A stretch of 56,119 nt of DNA, filler included, from Sluysia triapertura (taxonomy: Eukaryota), in NCBI GenBank assembly GCA_046118255.1. It is 4 parts of 4 records of this genome, joined end to end, with 100 filler letters (N's around TTAATTAATTAA, not from the genome) between each part and the next. Parts side by side here need not be neighbours in the genome. Positions count along the whole stretch, not along the records: positions 12,749 to 27,478 come from JBJNIA010250309.1; positions 27,579 to 43,422 come from JBJNIA010217251.1; 2 more parts are not named here. One strand, written 5' to 3'. The translations under genes and the position numbers were made by a program. Below, in pieces: positions 26,484 to 39,519 of the stretch (position 1 is its first letter; every line of letters begins with the position of its first letter). Under the pieces are notes generated by a model. It was not told where the DNA came from. It ran no database searches and worked only from the letters and a program-made list of their open reading frames with translations.

Positions 26484-27226
26484 CAGGTTTTTCATTTAAT
26501 TTAATCCTTTAATAACTAACATAAAAATTGTTAGGAAAAAATAAAGATAAAAATTATACTTTAATAATTATTAAAATATTCATTCCATTAAAAAAAGATG
26601 GTAAAATAAAAAATAAAAATTTCTTTAATTGAAAAGGACTTTCTCAAAGGCTTTGGTCAAAAATTTCTTCATATGCGTAAAATATGCTGTATAATTTTCA
26701 CTTGGTATATCAAAACATGAAGAAAAAATGCTAATTTTTAGTTCTTCTGTTCTGCTATTTTTAGATTTAATCGAATTTTTCCATTTTGAATGAACAATTT
26801 GAAAACCAATTTCTTCTAGTGGAAGAATCAAATCAGCACATTGTTTTCTTTTTTCAATACTAGCTTCTGCACTTCGACCTTGTAGAAATACGCTTAAAAC
26901 AATTAATGTTCAAGTTCGAAGATAGTTTTTCCTTTATTCTTTCCAATGTTATTGAAACATCATCTTCAATGATACTTTTTTATAATTTTTTTCATTCTCT
27001 AGATGCTCGAGTGCCATGTTTGTAAGTTCTTCCATCCTTTTTAAAAACACTAATTACAGAAGATACTGTTCTAGAATTTATATTAAAATCTAGAGATATT
27101 TCCATTATTGTTTTTCCGTTTTCAAACCTTCGACAGATGTCGTATCTAATTTCATTATTAACTGCTGCGTTTTTCATTTATAACTTATAGCCTAAAAATC
27201 CGAATTAAATTAAATGAAAAATCCTA
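26484..27226 (-). mobile_element. internally deleted IS630/Tc1-type DNA transposon
   Basis: Imperfect TIRs (CAGGTTTTTCATTTAATTT / AAATTAAATGAAAAATCCT) flanked by TA; N-terminal HTH ORF 26992-27177 and C-terminal SKWKNSIK...TEELK..I...F..I; most of the DDE core is missing. Confidence 0.8.
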
Positions 27227-27659
27227 TAATAAAACAATATAATATACTGTGACAATTTTAATAATAGTATAATACATAAAAGTAGTAAATTATCAGACAA
27301 TATTGGATTATAAACTATCAGTAAGATTATTATCCTATTAGATTGTAAACTATTAATATTTTCAGTTTGAATCTGAATTGTGATGTTAGTTTTTAATTTT
27401 ATATTATTGTTGGGGTAAAAGGCCTAAAAAGTGCCAAGTAGTATAATTGAATATATTGAAAATGAAATTGTTAGACGGNNNNNNNNNNNNNNNNNNNNNN
27501 NNNNNNNNNNNNNNNNNNNNNNTTAATTAATTAANNNNNNNNNNNNNNNNNNNNNNNNNNNNNNNNNNNNNNNNNNNNTAAAATATTTATTCAGTTGTGA
27601 ATTAAACGTTATAATAAATAAAAATGTAAAAAATCTGTAAATATTTTATTCTTTGAAAA

Positions 27660-27756
27660 ATCCTCGTATAAGGCGCATCGATGTATAAGGTGCATGTGCC
27701 AATTTTTCAAAATTTCTATGTAAAAGGGTGCACCTTATGCGCTGGAAATTACGGTA
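27660..27756. mobile_element. pogo/Tigger-like terminus
   Basis: TATAAGGCGCA/TATAAGGTGCA subterminal repeats and end GTGCACCTTATGCGCTGGAAATTACGG-TA. Confidence 0.55.
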
Positions 27757-29419
27757 ATTAAGGAAAATTATTTTCTCCCGTGTTTGTGGAGAATTTTGTG
27801 AAAAATTAATTGCATAATTCTTGGTATTTTTAATGCATTAAATACAGTGGTGACTCAACTGATATTGTTTAACTTTATTATTCAAAAAATTATATAAATA
27901 TCCCATAATTCACAAAACAGATAAGGGATTAGCTCTAAATTAAAATTTTATCTCATTTTGTCTAGTGCTCCTACTCGCTTTAATATCGCATGTCGGAAAA
28001 GTTAATGATCAATGAGCCAACATATAACCTACGAGAAAATCAGTAATATCAGTTTTATGATAAAACAACATTAATCGTGCCAAAAACAAATATGTATTGT
28101 TAAGACATCTGCTTAGTTACATAAATTCTGTTTTGATTCATCATGTATTTAGAGCTCGTCACACCATAATCTTAAATTAATGTGTTGATGGAAAAGAAGC
28201 ATTTAGTATTAGTTTAGATTAAAGAGGTACCGAAATAAAATTCCGAATTAGTATACTTACCAAAATTGAGCTACGCAAGTTTTTCTTCTAATTAAAACTA
28301 TCTTACAAAATAGTAAACTATTTGGTTTCATCTATAATCAAAGGTTTAGGTCCATAAGGAAAACTTTATACAATTCAATATAATGTTTAAATGCAAAGCT
28401 AATCTCGTAATACTATAATTATGCATTTATTTATCAAGACAATGTTTATATTTAACTTAAATCCTTTATTTAAAAATTATTTGTTAACACTTAAACTCGG
28501 CTAGATTGTCAAATTTATAGGTTGTGGCGACAATCTAACAATATGATCTATTTAAAATCAAATTGACAGCCTAATTTAAAATCATAGATAATTGTGCTGT
28601 TATAATATTATAATAATAAACTCACTTTATTTTTAAAATTAAAATTGTTTACTCATAATTTCGACTTTATAAATGTTTTGATACTAGTCGTTGTATAAAT
28701 AGTTTAAATATTTATAGATAATACATAACCTCGTCATTGTATTAGTCATTTTTGACATTGTTTTATAATGAAGTTAAAATTTTAACCAATATAATCTTAC
28801 TGCGATTGAAAGAGTGTCATACGTCATAAGTGGGTTAACATTCCGAATAAACATAGATAATTTAATTTGAATTTAAAAACCCTTTGTTAAGTAAATTAAA
28901 ATTGACTTGTGCGTCTTTCGAAAGAATATATTAATTATTTTTGCAAGAGTAAGAAAATACCAGCAGTTTGATTGATAAATGGAATTCATTTTGATTTGCG
29001 AAAAAGAACTTATAGAATTAAAGATGATATACTACAAAAAGTGGTATGAAACAAAAAGATTTAGAAAAACGCATCAAAGATTTCGTTAACATAAATATGA
29101 TGGAAGAAATCAAAATTCAAAAATTATGTGTTTAACTAATGTGATGTAAATTATGTTGCTCAAGCTGAAACTATATCCGAATCATGTTAAGTTTTTTAGG
29201 CATCATTTTGTTTTATTCATTGTCCTAAAAATGTGAAGATTACAGTTATGTGACTTATTCTTTGATTTCGCCTAATGATATTTGAAAGGAATTCTACAAT
29301 TATTCAGTTCTATTCCTCCGTTTTGTGGTTATGTTACCAAAGCTCAAAGCTCAAATTAACGATGTCGAAATTTTTAATATTTCAAATGTATTTAAATTAG
29401 AAATATATGAAATTAGGAT

Positions 29420-30047
29420 TTGGTGACACTTAGTCGGATCACATTTAAAAAAGATGTGCAACTTCAAAAAGCATGTTTTTACATGGTACAACAGGTGTGG
29501 TTCAAATATCTAACTGTAAGTATAGACTACTAAATGAGTGAGTTTCATGAACGGTTTCTAATTTTGGAAAATCAGATATCTTCGAGCCATTGTATATCTA
29601 TCCTATAATTAAATGGTTTTAGTATTTATATATATTTTTACTTCAATTTGGTTGATGTTTCCTTTTTATAAGTTTTTAAAACAATTATAACATAATAATA
29701 AAGAAGATCTTACTTATTCAAATAATTACAAAAGTTTTAACGTATGTTTACCATTTTTTTCGTTAGGTGTATCAATTACATAAAGATCTTGTTATTGCGT
29801 ATAAAGTTTTGATCTAAAATTGCAATTTTAAAGATATTTAATTTAGCATGACACAATAGAACTGCAAAAACTAAGTAACTAAGTAAGCTTTTCTAAAATT
29901 TAAATTTGTACAATAAACAATTTCCAAGAATTTTTAATATGAAAAACTTTTTAATGCTGAAAATCTAATAGAAATAATTTTAAATTTTTTTTACGTTTGG
30001 CTTTTAAGTTTGAACCGATTAAGTGTGATCCGATTAAGTACATCAAT
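29420..30047. mobile_element. MITE-like element with ~28-bp imperfect TIRs
   Basis: TTGGTGACACTTAGTCGGATCACATTTAA versus reverse complement of TTAAGTGTGATCCGATTAAGTACATCAA. Confidence 0.6.
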
Positions 30048-30563
30048 ACCGAAAATATTAGTTTAGATAATTTAATAGATAATTATAATAACAAAAAGAC
30101 ATTAAAATTATAAATTATAATTGGTGTTCCAATAGGACATTTATTAAATTGTATACTGAATATCGAAATTATTACTACTGTAAATGTAAATAAGAAAGTT
30201 CTTCTAAATAATAAAAGAAGTAAATAATAATAAAGAAAATGGGATCCGTTTCTTTTAGAATAACTATAAATTTAGAACTTAAGATGGAAATAAAATAGCT
30301 ACATATTAATATTATGTTTCTGATGAATCTTTAGGACCTAATTTAAAAGATCCGAAATTTACTATGAAAACTGTAACAATGATTGCAATATGTATATTCG
30401 AAAAGCTTTAGTTATAACTCTTAATTTTAATTTGATGTTTAAATTATATAATAATCTTCTTAATTATATATAATTAATATGTATTTAATTAACAGAAATA
30501 ATCTCCCAATTTCGAATAATGTAAATAAAAAATTTAAGCACTCTTATAACTAACGTGAATCTT

Positions 30564-30626
30564 TTAAAATGTTATTAAATCTGATCCTACTTGAGGGCAT
30601 AGGTTCAAATACCACTCCATACACCA
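30564..30626 (+). pseudogene. 5'-truncated tRNA-Leu (probably TAA) pseudogene with genomic CCA
   Basis: TTAA-ATCTGAT, variable-arm hairpin CCT-ACTTG-AGG, GCATAGGTTCAAATACCACTCCATACA-CCA versus tRNA-Leu GCGTGGGTTCGAATCCCACTCCTGACA-CCA. Confidence 0.6.
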
Positions 30627-31008
30627 TTTTAATGTATTATAATACAAAATTTTTAAAAATTTTCAATAATTCTAACTTTGTGTCACTTTACATGTATTTC
30701 CTAATACAATTACTCAAATCAGCATGAAGTAATTAAATTATATATTACACAATCTGCACACTTTATAATTGCATTCAAAAGAAACTGGATCTATAATTAT
30801 GTTACCTTGGTTTAGGTAGTACCACGAAAAAAATTTTTAATTTATTTGAAAAATGATAATACAATGTTGGATACAATTTTTAAATGTTATTAAATCTGAT
30901 AGAAATATATTCATAAAACCGTAACATGAATTATTTAAGTCTTTTAGTTGATACATTAAATAAAGTTATTCATTTTTTATTGTATTTCTACACGAGATTC
31001 TTTGATTG

Positions 31009-31250
31009 TTAAACTACTCTGTGTTTTACAAAATTCTTTAAAACTTGAACATTATGCAAGATACGATTATTTTCTTCTTTATAACATTTTGAAAGCTTCT
31101 CATTAACTGCTTTCATTCGACTTCTTTTAACAGATTCATTATTTTTTAGCTTGTTCATTTTGATATGCGATGATTTGCGATAATCAATTACTTTATTGTA
31201 ATTTTGTAATTTTTATCAGTAATTACGATATCAATAAAAAAACTAGGCAT
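31009..31250 (-). pseudogene. C/EBP/PAR-like bZIP transcription factor relic
   Basis: YRKSSHIKMNKLKNNESVKRSRMKAVNEKLSKCYKEENNRILHNVQVLKNF contains the NN.(A/S)VK.SR.K basic motif and EEN zipper start; frame broken upstream. Confidence 0.6.
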
Positions 31251-32724
31251 TTAAAGAAGAATTATCAAAATGTTTCGATAAATTGTTATTTTTCTTATGA
31301 AAGTGAAAAGCAGTAAATTTATTTTAATGTACATATGAACAATTAATTAAAATAAAATAAGTGTCACAATGCATACACTGATTATTACTCATTACCGTAT
31401 TGTGAAGGTGTAGAAAATATTATTTTTATATCTTTTATTTTTTATGGTATTGTAAATTACGAAAATATAAAAAATCATTAAAATTGTCTTATTTAAAAAA
31501 TTATTATTTTAATTATAATAAAATTAAAATTATTATAAATCAAAAAAAGGCTCAAAAGAAACTTCTAGAAATGAATTTGTTTATGTAAATCAAATATTAA
31601 AAGATGTCTTTATACATGTATAAAGACAAACAAAAATAAAGCAAACGCCATTAAAAACATATACAAAGAAGATTAATTTACGCCATTTTGAAATTTGGTA
31701 AACAAATCTATTACAAAAGTTATTCTCGACAGCATCCGGTCATCATCAAATTTATTGTCAAACTACTTATTTCAAATCCATCTTTCAAGTTATTGTGCGA
31801 TTCCCCAGTATTCGAGCATTTTTCAAGCAGCAGCTGAACAGATCAAGTAAATTCAAACGATATTGCTGGAGATTGATTGTCTATATTATTAGTTGATCCG
31901 TAATTTTGATTTACATAGTGTATAAACACACACTGAGCTAAAAAATCAACTTAAATACTGTTTTTCGGGTTGGTCATTAAGGCAAATCATAAAATCAAAC
32001 TAAAATCGAAAATCTCAAATCTTTAGTTGGCCTTTAAGGTCAATTATAAAATCAGTATTTTAGAGTAGAGTCTTTTGGCTAGACCCTTACTATAGCTTAA
32101 TTGTTATTGTTATTATAAATTTATAAAATTTTGTATTTTTAATAATTGTTTTTTATTAAATTTTTATAAATTTATAATAATTGTTGTTTTTAATTTTGTA
32201 CAATAAAAATATTAGAGAGTTTTTAAGCCTTGTTTTTTACTATAATCGTCCTAATATTAACGTTGAAATCTAAATTTATTCATAGCTACCTTACACTACG
32301 ATCAATTTATACTTGAATATATTTTTTATAGTAAAGACATTAATTCCAATATTATTTCATTGAACTTTTAAAAGAAAAACTAACAAGTTCTAACGGTCAT
32401 TATATTAAGACTTGAAGACATAAGAAACGACAGGTTTTTGTACAAATATTATTCACTTGATTTTTATATTAATTTAGATATTCCATAAACTGGAGTTGGT
32501 CTTAATTAGTTTTTAAGTTATTTATCGTTAATTGACATAAACGACGATTTTGCCCATTATTGTTAAGTTAAGACAAAGAATATTTTTTGTACGATTAATT
32601 TTGATAATTGTTTTCACGTAATTTTACAGGTACGCCATTAGTAAGTCGTATACTGTAAACGACTCATAATAATTAATTATTTTAGTGTAGGTTAGGTTTT
32701 CAGATTAAGAAAAACACCCAGCAA

Positions 32725-33050
32725 TGCTAATTTTGAAAAGTTTTACAGACCTTGGTATAAATACTTACGGAGATTTATTTTTTGCTATTTTCTTATATTA
32801 TACCTATTGAATTAGGAGCGAATATCAATATGGCTAAAGTGGTAGCTGCTTCTATTATTATGTAAGGAACAATAGTTCGACTACAACTACTCCCGAAGAA
32901 TTAGGTCAGATATCTTATTTGATGTCAGACGAAACCGATTAAACGAATGCAGTTAAAAAGCTTCACTCTGGTACCGTAGCTTAGAGTAGCGAGTCAATGG
33001 ATGAAGTGAATCGTCAATTAAAACATTATTTCGAATCCAGTCAACAACAG
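32725..33050 (+). pseudogene. ATP9: P4-ATPase ATP9/Neo1 fragment
   Basis: [28 protein letters not shown]...GTIVR.TTPEELGQISYLMSD...KKLHSGTVA.SSESMDEV matches ATP9 PWYR..[37 protein letters not shown]...YLLTDKTG..KRLHLGTV; stops and frameshifts; DKTG destroyed. Confidence 0.85.
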
Positions 33051-33234
33051 TTCAATAAACCTACTTCTGCTATCGATTGAAAAGTTCGAAAAGTTACCGA
33101 TATTTGCATCAGATGCATTAAAGAACAAATTCCAAGCAATTATTTAACTATTGATTTTACAACAGACACCAATTGAATGACAAATTGTACTTGAAAGCTG
33201 TTAAACAATTTGTTTATTTTATTTTTGATTAATA

Positions 33235-33700
33235 AGAAGCGTGCCTAATGGAAAAGGCTAAAAAGATAGTCAACATAGATAAAATTGATTCTGCTATTGA
33301 AATTTTGATCGAATATATGAAAGCAGAGAAAAAAATCTTGACTAAAATTCACGAAGATTTAATGATGCTGTAGAATTTTGTAGAAAGTATAACAGAAAAA
33401 CTGAATTTAAGAAATTATCAGAAATTTTAAGATTTCATATGACTAAATTACAAAATAATCTATCCATTTTACCAACGAGTCAATATTACTGCCGATTCAT
33501 GGAGTTATCGTCATGAGACACGTCTAAAGCAGTTAGATCAAGCTCTTAATTGTGAGTTATATTCTTAAGCATATAAAGCTGTAGAGGATTTGTGGAATTA
33601 GTTTAATACTTCAGCTATTTCGGTTAAACCAAGAATTATTAACCGAAATGGCAGCAGTCTTTTTTTGAATCTGGACTTTCCTATGTTCAGATTTTATTTA
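33235..33700 (+). pseudogene. EIF3A: eIF3 subunit a N-terminal fragment with internal deletion
   Basis: EFCRKYNRKTEFKKLSEILRFHM...HETRLKQLDQALNCELYS*AYKAVEDLW matches eIF3a FC..Y.RKAEFRKLC..LR.H...LETRL.QLD.AI..ELWQEAFKAVEDI; preceded by the N-terminal-like KIHEDLMM; stops present. Confidence 0.85.
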
Positions 33701-36700
33701 AAAAACTTTTTCTGACAATTATAAAGTTAAAATGGGTCCACCTATAATCTAAGTTTTATATCTCACGGAAGACTTAGCTATAGGATTATGGTATGTCAAG
33801 AACTGCGAAAAGCTTTCCTTACTGTCTAAAATGGAGGGCTCTCTATGTATATGTTTTTATGATTTAACGATACTCTTTTATTGTAGTTGATTTAATTGCT
33901 TATACTTCTTTAACTTATCTTTCAATTGAAACTAAAAAATCAAAAACTAGCAAGTATAGTACTGACGTACTCTATGAAAATTTATTATTTCAAATACAGA
34001 TATAAGACAACTCAAAATAACACCCAAAAAACGAAATTTACAATAAACAAAATAAATAATAATAATAATAAATTATTAAACTTTAAGATTTCTCCTAATT
34101 AAATTAAAAAATGATATTTTAAAGTTATTTTGACCCAGGTGAATACTTGGGTATAAGATTTATTTGATTTTGAGTAAATTTTGACACAATATATTTTTGT
34201 GAATCACTTAATATAAATAGCTTACTATTATCTCAGTTCAACAATTGCCGATTCCAATGAATAATTTTTTGTTAATATTTCACAGCCAATAATCGAATCA
34301 AATTTACAATAAGTATTTAATATTTCACAACGAACAATCGAACTGTATCCACAATTGAATAAAGTTTTTTCAAAAATAATCAAACTATAAAGTACCAATT
34401 ATTCCGCAAAATTCAAAACTTTTTAAGAGTGAGCTACTAGGTTAATCTGATATTTTCAAAAGTTGCAAGCTATTTATATTCTTTGAAATTCAGATAATTT
34501 TTATGATAAATTAATTAAAAATATTATTAATTTTAAACTTTGTACAAGATTATCTTTAAATTTAAAAAACTTTTAAATGTTTATATTATTTGTTTTTGAT
34601 TTAATTATTTAATTTAATTATTTACAGATAAAAAGTTTTAATTATTTGCAGATAAAAAAGTTTTTTAACTTGACAATAAATTTATCCATAAGTGCAAAGG
34701 TCAATTTTATATTAATTAATATTATCTATGTATAAAAGTGCAAAAGTCAGTTTTGTATTAATTAATATTATCTACAAAACATTAAACTTTATTATTAGAA
34801 TTAAGAAATTATCTTAAAATAGGAATTAATAAAAACAATATGAAATCAAACAGTATTCATTATGAATAGTGTATACAAATTATTTAATTCTAACTGTATT
34901 AATTGTATTTATTTGCTTAGTATCTATAAATTTTTATCAAAGAAAAATTGATTATATTATTATATTTATTAACTACATTAGCTGTATAGTATATTTTTAA
35001 ATTGTCAACTGTGTATTATATGAACTGTAGTCGAAATCATATTAAATTATTATATGGAATTAAATAATATTTTGAAACTATATGGAATGGATTTATATTA
35101 GAAAATATAAATACAACGCAACAATATACTTGAGGTACTAGAAAAGGAGATATATTTGTTTGGAAGTCTTTAAATCGAGAATATACTTTAAGATTCGTGA
35201 ATTCGAATACATATTGGATCCAGAAGTACATATTCTGAATCGAGGATATTGGACAATTTTTTAATTCTATTATTGTTGATGCACAAGGTTCGTTTATGAT
35301 ACAATATTGTATCCATTATTTCATAAATATTTATAAAATAAAAATAAAAAATTGAATTAAAATAAATTATTGTTTTTTATACTTTACTGTTTATTGATTT
35401 GTAAACATAAGATTGAAATAGAGTTACTAATATATTTCAGAGATAATAAGGTGAAAATTAACTAATATCAGACATAGTTATAGGAATTTGATATTTTTAC
35501 TTAGTAGTAAGAGTTTAATTAAACAATCGAATTTGCTATTAAGCACTTCTATCTTGAACAACAAGGACGAGTATATTAATTCATATCCCCCGGACAATTT
35601 ATTAATTAATTAATATAATATTAAAAAGTTAAAAAGAAAATTAAATGATATATAGATATTACATAAATCTTGAGTTTAGTGGAAATAATAAGAGTAATTA
35701 TTTTAAATTTAAGAATAATAATTCAGTCCATTTCAAATTCAAGTTTCCGAATTATTATTAGAAACCGATTTATTAGAAATTGATTTTAATTTTGTATTAA
35801 TCCATGTATCTCTTTAATAAGATCTAGAAAGTAAGGATAAAGATAATGCTTTTAGATACGTCATTCACATCAAAACTGTCAGATTAATTACAAATTGTTT
35901 ATTATTAAATAATTATGTAAAACTTATTACATAAGTATAAGTATGTTTAATTGCTGAAAGATTATGAAATGTTTTTCGAAAAGAAAAAAGGTAAAGTTTC
36001 CTTTGTTTCCTGTCTCACCTTTACGATATAGCCAATATCAACTTGGGTGTTTATAAATATTATACTTTAATCTTTAGTCTTGGTTGTTCTCAGAATATTA
36101 GTTTTAAACTATTTCTAATTAAGTTTCACTCAACTATAATTTAGTGAATTTAGCTTAGTCTGTCAATACTTCTATATATACTAAAGTGTGAGTCCTACGC
36201 TCGTCTCAGATGTTCGAGATAGGAGTACGTAACCAGTAAGAGTGATGGCTTAAAATTTACTTTTTAAGTTCAGTCTAATAATATTCCTTTTTAATCATTA
36301 AAATTATAATCTAAAATGATGCTTCATAGAGTAAATATAAATTCAAATTTAAAGTGAGACTTAATTCGAAAGTTTGCAAAGATTTTAAGTCCGGAATAAA
36401 AAGAAAATAATCGTTGATTATACTGCATATTATCATTATTATTGATATTATTATTGTTATTGTTATTATTATTATTGTTGTTGTTATTACTATTACACGT
36501 ATGAAAATTGGCTTCTACTAAAAATAGAATGTACTATTATTAAATTTATATGTATATTGGACAAAAAATTATAGAATTATAATTATTATTGAATTATTAA
36601 TAAGGAATTTGTACATGCACAAAAATTTACATATTAGACTGAAAGTTATATTGTAAAATTATAAACCGAATGTATTATTATTATTACTTGTGAAATTTAT

Positions 36701-37834
36701 AATTATTAAATTAAATTACTTGCGAAATTTTCGGATATATGATTATAATTAATCAGAAATTGTATAAAAGGAACATAATAAAAAATAAACTCTCTCGCAA
36801 TAGCAACATCGACGATAACAACGCAAGGAAAATTCATAACTGTTCGTATTTTTTATCATGATCGACTATAATTTAGTATTTTAATCTGGTGAGCGATTGT
36901 TTATAATTTTATTTTATTTATTTTAAAAAATAAATAATTTGTTAGATTTGTTTTTATTCTAAATCAATTGAGAGTAGTACTGCCAAAGGGAAAACTTTGT
37001 GAAATAAAATTTTTATTAGCATTTCCATTCCGAGACATCGAAACGAGTATTAGAACTCCGATCTAATAAATGAAAAAGAATAAATAAATTTCAATAAACA
37101 TGCGTACTAGAAACCTGTTGACTTACATTTATAAAGAATACATCGAAATCTTTGTGTTAAAAGAATTCAGTATCAAATGAAGTTTTTTTAGTGAATTGTA
37201 AAAAAAAATAAAATTAATAAATCTAACACTAAAATTGTAAGTTTAATTTTGAGTCATAAGTTTAACGAGTTAAGTAAACAGTTTCTGGTTTTCAAACATA
37301 ATACAACTAAGATTTTATTAGAAAAATATATCGAGAAAAAAATACATAACTTTAACTCGTCCTTAAAATTCAGAATTGATTTTAAATGAGACTTTAAAAA
37401 GATGATTTTATGAGTCTGTTTAAAATGACTCTTGAAAAAGATGTGAAGACACATTTTATATTGTTCGTTTTTCTTAGCTTGAACAATTATGAAAGTTGCA
37501 AAAGATTGGGTTCGCCTACGTAGTGCGGTTTATCTTAAAAAAGGACGCGTACGTAGGATTTTAACTTAATAAATAGGGTCACTATATCAAATAATCTATT
37601 ACGTAAATACTCTCGATTAGTTTAAACTCTTAACGCTCTAGTTTAAATGTTATTCTTTCTAAGTCGATTTAAACTTTAAAACTTTATAATTTTACTTTAT
37701 GTTACAAACTTTTTTAACAAAACAAATTTTGCAACAACTTTAGACAAATCTATTATATAAAAAATAAATAAAAATAATTTATACAAGGTTAATATATAAT
37801 ACAGACAAGAATAATACAAAAACAATGTAAAATT

Positions 37835-38430
37835 AATTTGACCCAGAGATAATCTTTGGGTGTTAACAATTTAAAGATTTTGAGTGCATATTAACGCAAA
37901 TATTATTGCGAATAACTTAAAAATGAATAGCATACTTATTCTTTGCAATCATCATTTATAGTTCCAATGAAAATCAGAATAGTTTCGCTAATATTCAAAT
38001 TGATCCAAATTAATATGAGCCTTCTTTTTCTTCTCGACTAATAAAATAAATTTTCCTGGTTCGATTTTAAAATCATCATCATTATTTAAAATTAAATCAA
38101 ATTTTACTTTAGCAGAGTTGACATTATAATCGCTAGTTATAACTTTAGGATTCGTCAACGCAATGCTTTTAAGTATGTCCATTGTTCATGCCGTATACAT
38201 ATTTACATTTATTACCATAATTTGAGCAAACTCCTAAATCAGTTGAAGAAAATTCTGTCACTAATTGCAGAATTCATTTTTATCTTAACATTCTTGTATT
38301 TGTATTGACAAAAGGAATCGACTTATAATAATAATTCTGGTTGAACGACCAGTGATAATGAGCACAGCAAACTGACAAGAGATAAACCACCATTCATGCT
38401 GACATTCATTTGTACACAGAGATTATTTAT
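37835..38430 (-). mobile_element. decayed repeat with coding remnant (possibly LTR integrase C-terminus); divergent copy at ~34130-34270
   Basis: TTGACCCAG...TTGGGT...GATTTTGAGT...TTCCAATGA collinear in both copies; family assignment weak. Confidence 0.35.
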
Positions 38431-38496
38431 GTCAGTATGAATGGTGGTAATTTGTTAATTTATGTACATAATTAAAAATGATTAAAATCAAAATAT

Positions 38497-38529
<33 letters not shown>

Positions 38530-39519
38530 AACTAATAACAACAATAACTAACATAATGATAAAATTGATAATAATAATAACAATGATAATATAGTTATTG
38601 TTATTATTATTATTTTCAAAAGAAAACACACAAATTCTTGGATATAAACATAAACATGATCTTTTACTTTATAATTAATAACTGAAGAAGAAGCACAGTC
38701 TGTTCTTATGTGTATGGTTTTTCTTATTAATTAACTAATCTTAATGATAACTCATCTTAATGTTATAGATGAATTGATATTTCTGTCTGAAAATGTTATT
38801 AAAACGTATATGATTTGACTTAATTATTTTGAAGTAGTGTAAGTGTTGAGAAGAGTGAAGAATATTTTGAAAGAAAGTCCTGTTTGGTAGTGAATGTTGG
38901 TGTAATTAGGTTGTTTGGAATGGAAAGATGTAGAAATAAAATATTTTGAATTAAATTTTAATATGTTTTGATGGTTTGGAGTATTAATATAATTTGGATG
39001 TTGTGAGGTGTTGGATAAGTGTTCATAATGGATTTCTTGCTAGTAGTTAATGGTGTTTTTATTATGAATTGACAGATTTGCGGTGTATTAGGAAATAAAT
39101 TTTTTGCTTTGTGAATTTATGAGGTTTTAATATATTCTGAAAAAGAAGAAACCATATGTCGAAAATGATTTTACAAATCTTGATTCAAATTCAAGTACCT
39201 CTACATCTGAGCCAATCCTCTTCATATTTAATTGTAATGCATAAAATCTATTCATATAGTATTTCTGACAAATCTTCAAGTGATTATAGTGATTTTTATC
39301 ATAATTCAACAAATAATTCGATCGATTTAGATTGTAGTAATGCAAATCAAGTAGAAAATAAACTTTTGCTTTATGAAATATCATCGTTAAATCAAGAAGT
39401 ATCAACCGCCTCATAAAACTAATGAAGTCTATAAAAGTTTGAGAAATTAAAACGATAAATTGACAATCAAGTTCCATAAAAATCTCGAATGAATGAAAAT
39501 TGTTCTTTAAATCGAGACT

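Noticed and set aside
32070-32085. CTTTTGGCTAGA resembling the U2 snRNA 5' region (Utopia target)
   Set aside because: Too short and not adjacent to the REL element
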